DNA of 64,000 nt from Haplodiscus bocki (lineage: Eukaryota), in the NCBI GenBank assembly GCA_965655095.1, contig OZ296652.1:19344001-19408000 (forward strand). The letters run 5' to 3'. The translations under genes were made by a program, and so were the position numbers. Position 1 is the stretch's first letter. The number at the start of each line of letters is the position of its first letter. The notes below the pieces were generated by a model. The model worked only from the letters and a program-made list of their open reading frames with translations, was not told the origin of the DNA and ran no database searches. Below are positions 53,283 to 64,000 of this stretch, in pieces.

Positions 53283-53417
53283 ATTGACTTCTTCAGCCAG
53301 AAATCAACAGAGGTTGACAGAACAAACGTGAAGATGTAAAAGGCGGGAATGGGGCAACAAAAAAGGGAGTAGAATGATATTTGGCAGGCTTTTCAGGTAT
53401 CCCTTGAATGATGATCG

Positions 53418-56400
53418 TTAAGCTAGTGGCATTTTACGCAGTTTCTGTACCGCTCTGTTATAGATTTCAGTGGCTGTTTTGACCTTCACCACCCTAGCAA
53501 ATTGATCGGGTCCACTGTATACAACGACACCGCGCCCAATTGGCCACTGCAATACTGTGGCATTGTCATCAGTGATGGACACAATGCCGCCGAGCAGATT
53601 TGTTCCTTCTGAAGTCGATTTTCTTCGCTCTTGGAGAGACGACACCTAGTTTTGGGCCATCTCTTCCAGAACCCACAGAGTAAACTCTGTATGAAGGTCC
53701 ATCGTTTTTCTGGAGAGCAGTTGTCCAGATAAGGTGGTGTGCTACCAATTCGTGAGGATATTATACCTAGTCCTTCTCCACTGCACAAGTCCGCAGGTGT
53801 GATGGGAGTTTCACCATTCGGATCTTCTGAAATTGTGCCAATGGGTTCAGAGTTCAGCACATTTTCGGCCTGGCAGAACAGTGTAGAAAGTTCTTCGAAG
53901 TTTAGGACATTGTTGCACATTGTTCGACGTAGATGTTTCCTGACACTCTTAACCACCGTTTCCCATGGACCTTCAAAGTAAACGGCGCGAGGAGGAATGA
54001 GGAGCCACTTTTTTTGCAGTCCCGCTGCTGCTGCTTGAAGTGAGTCTTCATGTCCACTCAGGATTTTCTGCTGTAGCTTCTTGATCTCACTTTGGGCTGG
54101 AAAAAACGTTGCTGGCGTTGTCTGAATAAATTGCATCAGGGCATGCTCGTCGTGATACGACTCTTCGTAATGCATCGACACAAGCTTGCGGTGTCAAATC
54201 CAAGAATGCTTCTGATTGGACTGCTCGGCTGACGAAACATATCAAAATGGTTAAATATGCTTTATTGGTGGATATGTTTGGCCCCTTGCAGAAAAAGGGC
54301 TCTGTGAAGTCCAAGCCCACGTCTTGGAAGCCTCGTTTGTGAATGTCCACTCTTGGCTCCGGAAGATCCCTTATCGAGGGGTTTGATGGCTTTGCGGTGA
54401 ATCTTGAGCAGGTCACACAGTTCAATATGACACTTTTCACCAAATTTCTGCATGCCGGGTTCCAAAACCGTAGTGGAAAGTGGACGATGACTTGGTTTGT
54501 CCGTCGGTGAAGAGTGGCTCTGTGAGAACTGCGAACGATGAGCTCGGCAAGATGACCCTGCGCTGGCACGAGCCTTGGGTACTTGGCTTCGTCAGACAAA
54601 GTTGCGTGCACCAGACGGCCTTCCACGCAGAAGACTCCTTCGCAAATAAAAAGGTAGATTTTAACCAATCAGCTTGTCTTTTTCACTTGAGCATCATTAT
54701 TGGTTGTCTTTATCTCCTCTTCGAAGAAAGTTTGTTTTTCCTGTCGTAGTAAAATTACCAAGGTTTGGGTTGACTCCTGATTTGTGATGTATGGGGTAAA
54801 GTCGTTGCTTTTTTTGTTTTAAGCAGGCGAAGAATAAAAGCATGTAAGCACCAACACGAATTGGTTCCATGAGTCAGCTTTGTATTGACAAAACGATGTG
54901 TGCTTTTGAAACCTTCTCTGGTGTTGCTTCGACCTTGAAGACTTGTGTTGCTGAAGCTGACTTTTTGCGCTCTTCTAGGATCTCTTGTGCCCGGAAGAGC
55001 GCTGGCATCATCTGTCCACTGATAAACCATTCGGGTCGATACCACCAGAGCTCGTTTGATTCCAAGAAAGAAGGTTTCAGGCCTCGTGAGGCCACATCAG
55101 CTGGATTTTCGTGTGTGGCGACACGGTTCCATTTCAGCTCTTGGTCCCGTTGAATTTCAACTACTCTGTTTGCGACAAAAGTTGTCCATTTGTTGGGTTC
55201 CTGGTTCATTCAGCTCAGCTTAATGGTGGAATTAGTCTAGGCAAACTTTTCAGTAACAACCAAGTTCCTCCTCCATAGGCCTTGTAAAACTGAAGAAAGC
55301 AGTCACTGTCCCAGAACAGCACTGCCTAGTTCCGGTCGAGGGATTGATAGCACCTTGAGGGGATCCACTCTGGAACAACAGCCAGGAGCCTTGACATTTT
55401 GCTTCCTTCAGAATATTCAGCAACCACATAGGTGCATGCAGCGCAACCATTCTGGGATTCATGACAGAAGCCATGCAGGGTCACTTGGTCGCTTTGTTCC
55501 TTCGAGAGGCAGAATCGATGTATCTGAATGTCCCTCAGGGCTCCGAATATTGCTCTCCAGTCAATGTATGCTGTCTTCAGTTCGGTTGGCAGCTGTTCAT
55601 CTCAATCAATTTGACACTGTGAGACTTGTTGCACTAGATGGTTTAGGTCTAAAGTGATTAGGGACAGTCATCCTTCGGGGTCGAAATGTTTAGCAATACC
55701 GGTCAGTATTTGTCTTTGGGTGATGGTTTCCTTGCCAAAATTGCGGGAAAATGAGCCACAGTGCAGGTTAATCTGTCAATTGACGGATTCCAGACAATAC
55801 CTAGCCTCTTGATGGTCTATGCATCCTCAAGAAACTTCAGTTCTTCATTGGCTTCGGGGAATTGTGATGGGATCTCAGTGTGAGTTTGCTAACGTTGCTT
55901 TTTCACATTCGTTGGTCGAATTGGGCCTTCTTGAAGGTGTTAATCGAACAATCTTGTAACTGTTCAGCTTCCCTTTTGGTGCTGGCACCCATTAGTAAGT
56001 CATCCACGTTGAATTCTTTTTTGATCGCTTCTCGAACAGGTTCCGGAGTTGCCTCGGAAATGGGACACTCTGTGAGGCTGCGAATGCTATGGTACGAAGA
56101 TCTGTTTGTTCCATACGTCACTCTGGTCATTCTGCAAGTAACATTAGGTCCAGTTGGCTTGAACCTCCACAAAACTCTATTTAATTCTTTGTCCTTGAGG
56201 CGCAATTCCACCTGTTGTTACATTTTGGCGATATCAGCCGACATTGTCACCTTGAAGAAACGGAAACTTGGATGTATGTGGAATATGTCATCTTGTATCT
56301 TCGGTCCCACTTGTAAACAATCGTTGAGTGACATTCCCGCCGTGGTCTTCGCACTTGCATCGAAGACGACTCGAAGCTTTGTAGTCAAGCTGCTTTCCTT

Positions 56401-56980
56401 CGTAACATAATGGTGGGGGAGGTAGAAGTTACGAGGGTTCTTCAATTCATCCACCGGTTCCTTCTCAAGTTGACCCAAGTCGATGAACTCCTTGATGAAG
56501 GCTGAATAGTTCTCTTGGGGGAAGGATGATGCATTAACTTACTCTCCAGAAACAGATATCTGATGAATTGCTGGGCCCAGATGAGAAGCATCTCCACGAT
56601 GAAGCGTTCGTCAACGTTCCTAGTCGTCGTGGAGCCAAAGTGTTTTTCACATTGCTTCTCTTCCGGAGACAGGTGACTCTTGTCTGGCACTCTCTCCAGC
56701 TCTGAAAGACGTGACAGCAACTGGTCCTGATCCTAGCTGCTGATGATAGTTTCATGATGAGTTGTGATGGCGCCGCTTTGATCTTGCTTGACCTTGCCTG
56801 AAACCATCCAGCCAAAAAGAGATTCGCGAAATGACAAGCCCCCGTCTTTGAGCTTGGTTTCCATCATCACATCTTCAAAGACATCTGCACACAATATTAC
56901 GTCGATCTTTCCGGACACATTGAAAGTGGGATTTGCGAGCTTCAGATTTCGAGTGTTACGTAATTGTGAGGAATCAATTC
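53418..56980 (-). pseudogene. BEL/Pao pol (protease tail, RT, RNase H, integrase)
   Basis: LKLANPTF..GKIDVILCAD, YLPHHYV..TTKLRVVFDAS..SLNDCLQVGP, ADIAKM, RVTYG, NVDDLL, FVANRV, NPADVASRG, HHCC finger, GLDF, IYSDNA, GPWE. Confidence 0.95.
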
Positions 56981-57755
56981 AGTAGTAAGAGTGTGAGCTC
57001 ATCAGGTGGGGGGGTTCGGGACCCTCCATGTATTAAGATAGGCTATAGCAGCCGACTTGTGCCCAGGGCCGAGAAGGGTTCCCAACCCATGTAATAAGAT
57101 AGGGTATGTTTCGTCAATGTATTAAGATAGGGTATGCTTCGGCACTGTGATACTCGATTCTGACTGGCTGACGAGGTTTTAGGGTTTTTTTCGTGCTCGA
57201 TTCTGATTGGCTGCCGACAAGAATTTGGTTTTGGGTTAAATTTGGGTTTTTTCTTAATGTATTAAGATAGGGTATAGTTCGGCTCAATGTATTAAGCTAG
57301 GGTATAGTTCGGCTCAATGTATTGAGATAGGGTATAATTCGGCTCAATGTATTAAGATAGGGTATAGTTCGGCTCAATGTATTAGGATAGGGTACAGTTC
57401 GGCAATGTATTAAGATAAGGTATAGTTCGGCTCAATGTATTAAAATACAGTATAGTTCGGCTCAAAGTATTAAGATAGGGTACAGTTCGGCAATGTATTA
57501 AGATAGGGTATAGTTCGGCTCAATGTATTGAGATAGGGTATAGTTCGGTTCAATGTTTAAAGATAGGGTATAGTTCGGTTCAATGTATAAAGATAGTGTA
57601 TAGTTTGGCTCAATGTATAAAGATATAGAATAGGGTATTTTTGGCACTGTGCGACAGTCTTCGATTTTTTTTTCTGAATTTTTGGCCCACCTGCGACCGG
57701 ATAATTTTTTACGCCGCCGGTTAAGTTTTTACGCCGACGGATAATTTTTCTCCCA
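56981..57755. mobile_element. Maverick-type terminal segment (AGTAGT end) interrupting BEL pol
   Basis: BEL homology stops at 56980 and agtagtaagagtgtgagc begins at 56981, followed by subterminal tandem repeats. Confidence 0.7.
57257..57640 (+). repeat. 30-bp tandem array, ~13 copies (aatgtattaagatagggtatagttcggctc)
   Basis: Head-to-tail units with occasional 28-bp variants; dispersed partial copies at ~57028-57145. Confidence 0.97.
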
Positions 57756-58034
57756 AGTAGTATAGTGTGAGCAGAAGTGAGGGGGGAAAAACAAGAGGAC
57801 CAGTCAGCGGGATCCGAACCTCCGCAGACGGAGTGAAATATGAATCCGGCCGGCGGTCGTATCCGCGGCGCCACCGGAGCTATTAATCGGCGCGGACGGA
57901 GTGCTGGACGCCATAACTTTTGTGATTGAGCTATGTAAAAAGATTGTGGTAAAGGTTCAAAAAGTTAATTAGAATGTATAAAGTTGAACAAATGCATTGT
58001 ATAAATTGCACCTTTACAGTAAATTGATAATCAA

Positions 58035-58434
58035 TTACATGAAATTGCTTATAAAAGAGAGTACATTAACGCCATGAACACCAGTTATCTGCTCTTGTTG
58101 AAAATTGAACAAATGAATTGCTGCATAAATTGTGTACAAAACCGCATACACTGGGAAAATCTTATAGTCTTGTGCGAACCATTTGGTTGTAATTCTGCTT
58201 TAGGAAAGGGTAATTGTTGATGGATAGACCAAGAGAATCGGCGAAAGACAATTCATGATGAAACTTTGCAATCATTATCCAATGCTCTCCTGGCGTGTTG
58301 CCAAGGTGTGTGTTGATAATCGCAAACGTGTCATTCGGAAGGTTTGGAACAAAATCTGAGGGAAACGATCCCATGTACCGAAAATTGAGCAAAGGTATAC
58401 GGTTAACAATTTGTCCAATGGAAGTGTTATCCAT
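58035..58434 (-). pseudogene. Adenain-like cysteine protease
   Basis: FAIINT..PGEHW, FADSLG, L*DFPSVCGF (probable Gln codon mutated to TAA). Confidence 0.9.
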
Positions 58435-58435
58435 C

Positions 58436-59789
58436 TCAAGGATTCTTTCCCGCAACACCAAACTTGTCGACTGCAACAGAAGACATACGTTCACCCAATA
58501 CAATGACTTCTGTAACGTTTTCTAGAGGTGAACTAAAGTATAGCTCCAATCTCAGTGGTTCTCCAAATAATTCCGGATAGTGACGGTGTTCAGTAGCCTC
58601 TTGCATTGAAGTCAGAACAAAAACTAGTACGTAATGGTCTTTGAATTTATCAACTGAAATTGATGGAATATCATCTTGAAAATTCATTGCTTTCATTGTT
58701 GTGACTTACAGGCGACAATTATCTGTCGTGTCGTGGTGTACAGTTGGCTGTCCTCCTCTTAGTATTCTAATATCTCTCAGACTAAACTGTTGATACCAGA
58801 ATGGATTCTCTGCAAAGGAGCCGGTAGGAGAGTTTGAATTCATTGCAATGGCTATTCGACGTATAGGTGCGTTGTTGAAGATATTTTCGGGGATGAATTG
58901 ATTCTGTCGTGCAGGATTGATAAAAATCTTTGCGAATGTATCCATGTAGTTGTACTCAACTGGAGCATAAGCTAGTTGAGACATTCTTTTTTGTGACAGT
59001 CTTCCTTCAGCATGACGCGCCGAGTGTACAGAGAGCAGTCTACAATACCCAAGCAAACATTGGGATTCTCGCTTATCATGTAGAAATTTGGTCGCGCTTG
59101 AATTAGTTGGATTCTTACTTTCATATTTGGATATAGTAGTTCCGAAGTTGTTAGAAAGTCGATGCCCAGCTTACCGTACAACATGAAACCGTCAGGCCTA
59201 CTGTACAATTTCACTCTTCTAGTGAAAAATGGACCTTCGGCGAGATTCTCTGGATCATCTTCATAGTCATACCCTTCACAATGCAAGACTCCCTTTTGTA
59301 ATCTGACAATGTACTTTTGACGTTGTTAGAAATGTGAGATTTGCGAGCATAAAGTCCGTTCGAATTGTAGATTTGGTGGTTGTTAATGTACAATTCTGCA
59401 TTAGAAAAAATGGAATCCAGAATATTGTTCACATGAGTAATATGAGGCACTCCCTCGTCCTCTTCTATAAATTCAACGTCATCGTCACCTGTTTCAGTAA
59501 AAACAGCGTCTTCTTTGTGCTCCTCTTTCTTTTCTGTTGTTTTGTAAGAATCAAAACCACGTCCTTTAACTTTTTTAATTTTTAGAGCAAGATGTGTTTG
59601 TCGCAATTCCACGTAAACGTTGCGATCTGTTCCAAATTCAAACTCAATGCTGTTTTCATCAAGAGATGTAGTGGGATAAATTTCTTTTTCGTGAGAAGAC
59701 AACACATCGTCCACAACTGGGACTTCCACACCAGGATTCCCAGAAACTGCAACAAAAGGTTCGTACCGAAAAATATTTAGATCCGTCAT
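58436..59789 (-). pseudogene. Major capsid protein (PY)
   Basis: IYPTTSLDENSIEFEF, HVNNILDSIFS, LLYPNMKVRIQL, NIFNNAPIRRIAIAM, LRLELYF. Frameshifted. Confidence 0.88.
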
Positions 59790-59841
59790 TATTAATTTAC
59801 AATATTCGTAAAAATGTCCTTGGTTGACCGACTGGTTTGCT

Positions 59842-60144
59842 TCAAACTTTTGACTGGAATGCTCTCTTTTGTCTGCCACCTCCAAGTTGTTTTCTCAATG
59901 TCTGTCTTCCTACGCTTTTGTCAGCAGTTTTGAAAATTTTCTTTCCGCTAACAACATCAACTAACTCTGGCGCTGCAAATTCCAACAAATCAGCACCCAC
60001 GCGTTTTGCAGCTGGGACGATATTTTTTCTCATGAAGGGAACGGCCGCTCTCCCAGTAATTTGCGCAAGGGCTCCAAAACTACGCCCTCTTTGACGTCCA
60101 ATACCTCTGTAGTAGAGAAGTTCAAGAGTGTTTGATGCAACCAT
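59842..60144 (-). CDS. Small basic/amphipathic virion core protein with QRGxG-type cleavage motif
   Basis: YYRGIGRQRGRSFGALAQ...AVPFMRKNIVPAAKRVGADLL, located between penton and MCP as in animal Mavericks. Confidence 0.7.
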   Translation of the reverse strand: MVASNTLELLYYRGIGRQRGRSFGALAQITGRAAVPFMRKNIVPAAKRVGADLLEFAAPELVDVVSGKKIFKTADKSVGRQTLRKQLGGGRQKRAFQSKV

Positions 60145-60158
60145 TTTACACACTAATT

Positions 60159-60965
60159 TCAATACAAATGAATGTCAGAGACTTTTCTAAACATGAGAAC
60201 AAGTCAAGTTATTTCCACCAAGACGAAGGGAAACTTCTCACCAGACGTGTCTCGCAAATCAATGTGTATGCTGTGAAAAGAGTTTTTCAACAATCGTCTA
60301 AACTGAAGATTGCTAAATGTCTGTTAGTTCATGTATTGTCCAGTATTTATTATGTCACCAGATTTGAGCTTGGATATGAAGGGAAAGCAACGGACCGAAG
60401 GTGCTTTTGTGTCTCCAACAATATTGTACTCTACAATGTCAGTGTAAATTATGAGTGAATGGATGCGAACAGTATCGTAAGGAAATGTTGGTTCATGCGG
60501 TTCCTTCCCACGCATGAGTATTCCCGAATCTTTTCCCACATCTCCTCCAAATATATGTCCCAAGTCAATACTAAAAATTTCTAGACTCAATTCTTCATTC
60601 GCCAGATACACCGTTACTTTTTGCGTTACCCTGCTAATTTTGATTGTGATGCAAGTGTCTCTGTGGTTTTTTCGTTCTTGTATGAGAGTACTCATAGCTT
60701 CCACAATGTCAGTTATGGAGGAATACAGACCGGGTTCAAGATAGTAAGCCTCTGTAGTTTTGGAGAGTTTCTCATCGTAAAACATAAATTTCCCCTCTCT
60801 AACATTTTGGTACATTGATGGGTAAGAAATCTCGGAATTTGCTATCTCCCATTGTCCGTCTAAATTCGCTTGCTCCGGCAAGAAATTTGTAAATGAACTA
60901 AGCGTGTTGTTTGGAAAGAGCTGTGAAGATGCGTTGGAAACCAACTCGATTGAAAATGAGTCCAT
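60159..60965 (-). pseudogene. Minor capsid (penton, PX)
   Basis: MDSFSIELVSNAS..FPNNTLSSFTNFLP..LDGQWEIA, PGLYSS, IYTDIVEYNIVGDTKAP. One frameshift near 60325. Confidence 0.88.
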
Positions 60966-60967
60966 AC

Positions 60968-61905
60968 TCAAATGACTCTAATTAGTTCCTTCTCGTAGAA
61001 TTTCCCACGTATAACTTCTTTTGTTCGTTTTTGATTGTATATGTTGGAGGTTTTTTAGTAGCAATGGCAACAATTTCAAAATTTTCTTGTGTAAATTGTG
61101 GTTTATAACCTTTCCTGAAAGGTAAATCATACTTGGAAATGCGAACTCTATCTCCAATTCCAAATTTGGGCTTTTTGTATTCTCTGAGTGGTTTACTGTA
61201 AAGTATTGACATAAAGTCAGAGTTCTTGACGTGGTTGGGTTTCATGTCTATGCTACGATTGTTTCTAGACATCATTGTTGCAATAAATTGAGGTTTCTTA
61301 TGAAAATACTTGTACCCATAATCCTCCATAGAGCAATACAAAACGTTTTTGAGTGAGCGCATTGTACGTTCTGCAATTGCTGCTTTCGTCTCAGTCAGTG
61401 TAGAGTAAACTTCTATTCCTTCAGCGCTGCAAAACTTCTTGAATTCTCCAGTAAATTCTGTCCCATGCTCTACCCAAATTTTCTTTGGTCTATTCTTTTT
61501 GGTAAATATATTTGAAAAAGTCTTGACTGTTTCCTTCGAGTCTTTTGTCTTCATTCCCTTTGCATCTACGGCTCTGTCAAACAAGTCTTAACGAACCAGT
61601 AAATACTTTACACCATGTTTGTCTTTTGCCGATTTATCAACATATGCTAGATCCTTATACCAAATTTCATTTTTGAGTCTCGCAAAGGCTCTCATTCTTT
61701 TAAATTTACGTGTTGCCTGTGTGAACCTAGTTTATGATGTCTTTGAATGTAAAAATTCTCTGACCTTTAATGGAGAGAGTTTTTCTGCTTTTGCCAAATT
61801 GCGCACAAAACCATATGCCGCAAATCCTTGCGTGTAAAGTCTCTGCAACTTTTGTCGTTCAGATTTTGAAAAGGATCGAAGCCCCTCTTTCTTTTCCCTT
61901 GGCAT
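60968..61905 (-). pseudogene. Retroviral-type integrase
   Basis: IWYKDLAYVD, KYLLVR*DLF, KIWVEHGTEF, AIAERTMRSLK, KFGIGDRVRISK, FRKGYKPQFT, GKFYEKEL. Confidence 0.93.
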
Positions 61906-62269
61906 GACTGTTGCCAACAATGTTGGGAGTGATGCTGGCTGCGTCAATTAAAGTAAAGTAAATATCGGGTAAGGCTACGTTTTTGCGCTTCGAACGATGT
62001 GCAAAATCCTTCAACAGCACACCAGTCTCTTTTCCATCCAGGATCAAAGTGTTGGAATTGGATAGTTTGATGCGGGGAGACTCTAAAATTTTGTTTACTA
62101 GAGGGGAAGCACTTGTGGAAGGCTGTTGGTTAATTTCCTTTTTTAACGTATCTTTGTGGTACGTGGGAGTTTTCTCAGGTTTTTATTTGGGTATTTCTTC
62201 TTTTGTGACAATGGTTGGGCTGTTGCTGCTGTTGTAGACAGAAAGTGGTACTAGAACAAACTGTTCCAT
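61859..62269 (-). pseudogene. Conserved hypothetical Maverick ORF
   Basis: MEQFVLVP...IKLSNSNTLILDGKETG...LPDIYFTLID, with one in-frame stop. Confidence 0.6.
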
Positions 62270-62372
62270 CTCAAGATAAATGATTAATGACGAAGGGGGA
62301 AATTGTTTTTGTGAGCAATATTCCTTTTTGCGACAAAAGGAGACTTCTTTGTTGCTTCCAAGTTGTTTTTTT

Positions 62373-63224
62373 TTAAAGACAGATCGTGAAGTTCATCTCT
62401 GTACCACCTGTCTTCTTTTTACTTCTGACAAGTTTCCTCGCAGCACGTTGACGATGCGCTCGCTGAGAAATCGGATAAAATCTTTTGGACATGTTTTTAG
62501 AAACTGAAATCTGCATCCCAGGGAAAAGTGCTGGAATGCTTTGAGAGTAGAGAGATTTAGTGTGTTCATCGTCCAAATATTTCAAATGCTTCAAGTTGTC
62601 GGGTACATATAACTTTGAGGGAACATTTTCCTAATTGTTCAGTGGCGTAAGCGATCCTCTGTTCACGGATACAAATCAATCAACAAACGACCAAAAGGTA
62701 CAGATGTTGCATCCTGATACCAGTCAACAAGAGCTGATCCAAATCCCAACTGTACATTTAATGTAGCAACTTGATGCACATCTCGACTTGACTTGAAAAG
62801 AACAATGTGTGTGTTTTGCAGCTCAACATCCCTTCCTAGTTTACTTCGGTTGACTAAGTTGTGTTTAATGCATATAGTACTAAATCCGCGATGTCTGCCA
62901 GTAGTAGCAATGTCCACAAACTCCTTAGAGTTACAAATTTCTGCACATGAGTCTTCAAAATGGAGCAGATACTTGGTATCGTTCTTTTCCAAAGAGGTGA
63001 TAAGTTCAAAGTTTACACCTTGAAAAAACTCAAGATTATCATATTCTTTTTGCATGACATCAGAGAGTGGTTGAGGGTGTTGATAGAAAGAATAAACTTT
63101 GTCAAATTTGGGTTGAAATGATCAATTTTTCAACCACTCAGGAATCAAGTACGTTTTCCCAGAATCGCTCGGTCCAACCAGAGATAAAAAAAATACGGTT
63201 TTTTGTAGAAATTATATTGTTCAA
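62373..63224 (-). pseudogene. Packaging ATPase
   Basis: VGPSDSGKT Walker A (~63150-63175), KYLLHFED Walker B, GRHRGFS, THIVLFKSSRD. Confidence 0.9.
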
Positions 63225-63473
63225 AACTTTGGTGAAGGTAAAATGTATCCTGCTGCCCTGCAAAAGACTCCTACCTAAACTGTAGATTCGTCACAAGTCT
63301 TGGCCAAGTGTATACGCCAAAAGCAACCGCAATTAATCAAGAGTATTTCAAAAAATTGTGACAAAAACACAATTAAAGACCTAGAACAGGTTTGTCACAA
63401 ACAAGACCACGATCACCTTTAAACGTTTTGATCGTCAAAGACAATTTTATCCAAATTGATTTTATCAGTGTGA

Positions 63474-64000
63474 TCAGGCATCTAGTTTTGAACGCTCAAA
63501 ATTCTTAAAATGAATGCTATAGAAAGAATAATGTTGAATTGAAAAAATTAAATTAGTAGTAAACACAAATATAATACACACTAACAAAATATACAAATTT
63601 AAATGTTGCATTGCCCAGTCTGCATACACCTTTGCTTTCCTCTCGGCACAGTGAAGCCTTGTTTTGTATTGGAAAGGGTAACTAGAGCAGATCCACGAAC
63701 TGTTCGCTTTTCCTTTTCCAACAAGATCTCGAATTTTTGGGCAACCATAGTTATCCAAATTTTCTAAATTTTGTCCGAGAAGTCTGGTTAACAGTCTACA
63801 CTTTTCGCACCCTTTAGCAAACACTTCTGCCTTCATTACCTTTATGTCGTAAAAGACAGCAAACAGTTTCTCATATTCCAGCTTTCCACTACTCCACGCA
63901 ATTCCATGTAGATGATTTATGTTCCATCTTGTCTGTTTTTTAGGTTTAAAACCCTTTGGCGGACAAAATGAAAATCCTTGTACAAAACCATCAATAAAAA
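63474..64000 (-). pseudogene. Hypothetical Maverick ORF (5' end outside window), Cys/His-rich C-terminus
   Basis: FAKGCEKC...LENLDNYGCPK...CSSYP...LHCAERKA. Confidence 0.5.

Larger units (their letters stand above)
57756..64000 (-). mobile_element. Decayed Maverick/Polinton of a second lineage (element 3), continuing beyond the window
   Basis: agtagtatagtgtgagc terminus at 57756. Minus-strand order: ATPase, small ORF, integrase, penton, core protein, MCP, protease. Confidence 0.92.

Noticed and set aside
57257-57640. CRISPR array
   Set aside because: Units are head-to-tail with no unique spacers, there are no cas genes, and the context is eukaryotic transposons.

Overview
Repeat-dense eukaryotic (probably invertebrate animal) genomic window, dominated by decayed endogenous Polinton/Maverick-like viruses and LTR retrotransposons. 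No intact host gene, RNA gene or CRISPR array could be supported. (1) 857-18306 is a full-length (~17.45 kb), very AT-rich Polinton with terminal inverted repeats (TIRs) and a near-perfect 6-bp target site duplication (TSD; tcaacc/taaacc). It carries pseudogenised packaging ATPase, penton, major capsid, adenain protease, repeat-containing fibre-like gene, HNH nuclease, integrase and protein-primed PolB, plus RING and C2H2 accessory genes. (2) ~20860-31046 is a truncated, syntenic relative of element 1. (3) 57756 to beyond 64000 (minus strand) is a Maverick of a different, less AT-rich lineage. Its AGTAGT end lies 775 bp inside a second AGTAGT-ended segment with a 30-bp array, and that segment interrupts a BEL/Pao pol gene. 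Also present are a ~400-bp hairpin mini-element with AGT-type ends, convergent BEL/Pao gag and pol fragments, and a 200-N scaffold gap. The most interesting signals are TAAATG at many gene starts of the AT-rich Polintons (possible helper-virus-driven transcription), adenain-type maturation sites including a possible pVIc-like C-terminal peptide, and the nested Maverick termini. All product calls come from motif recognition and gene order, not database searches.
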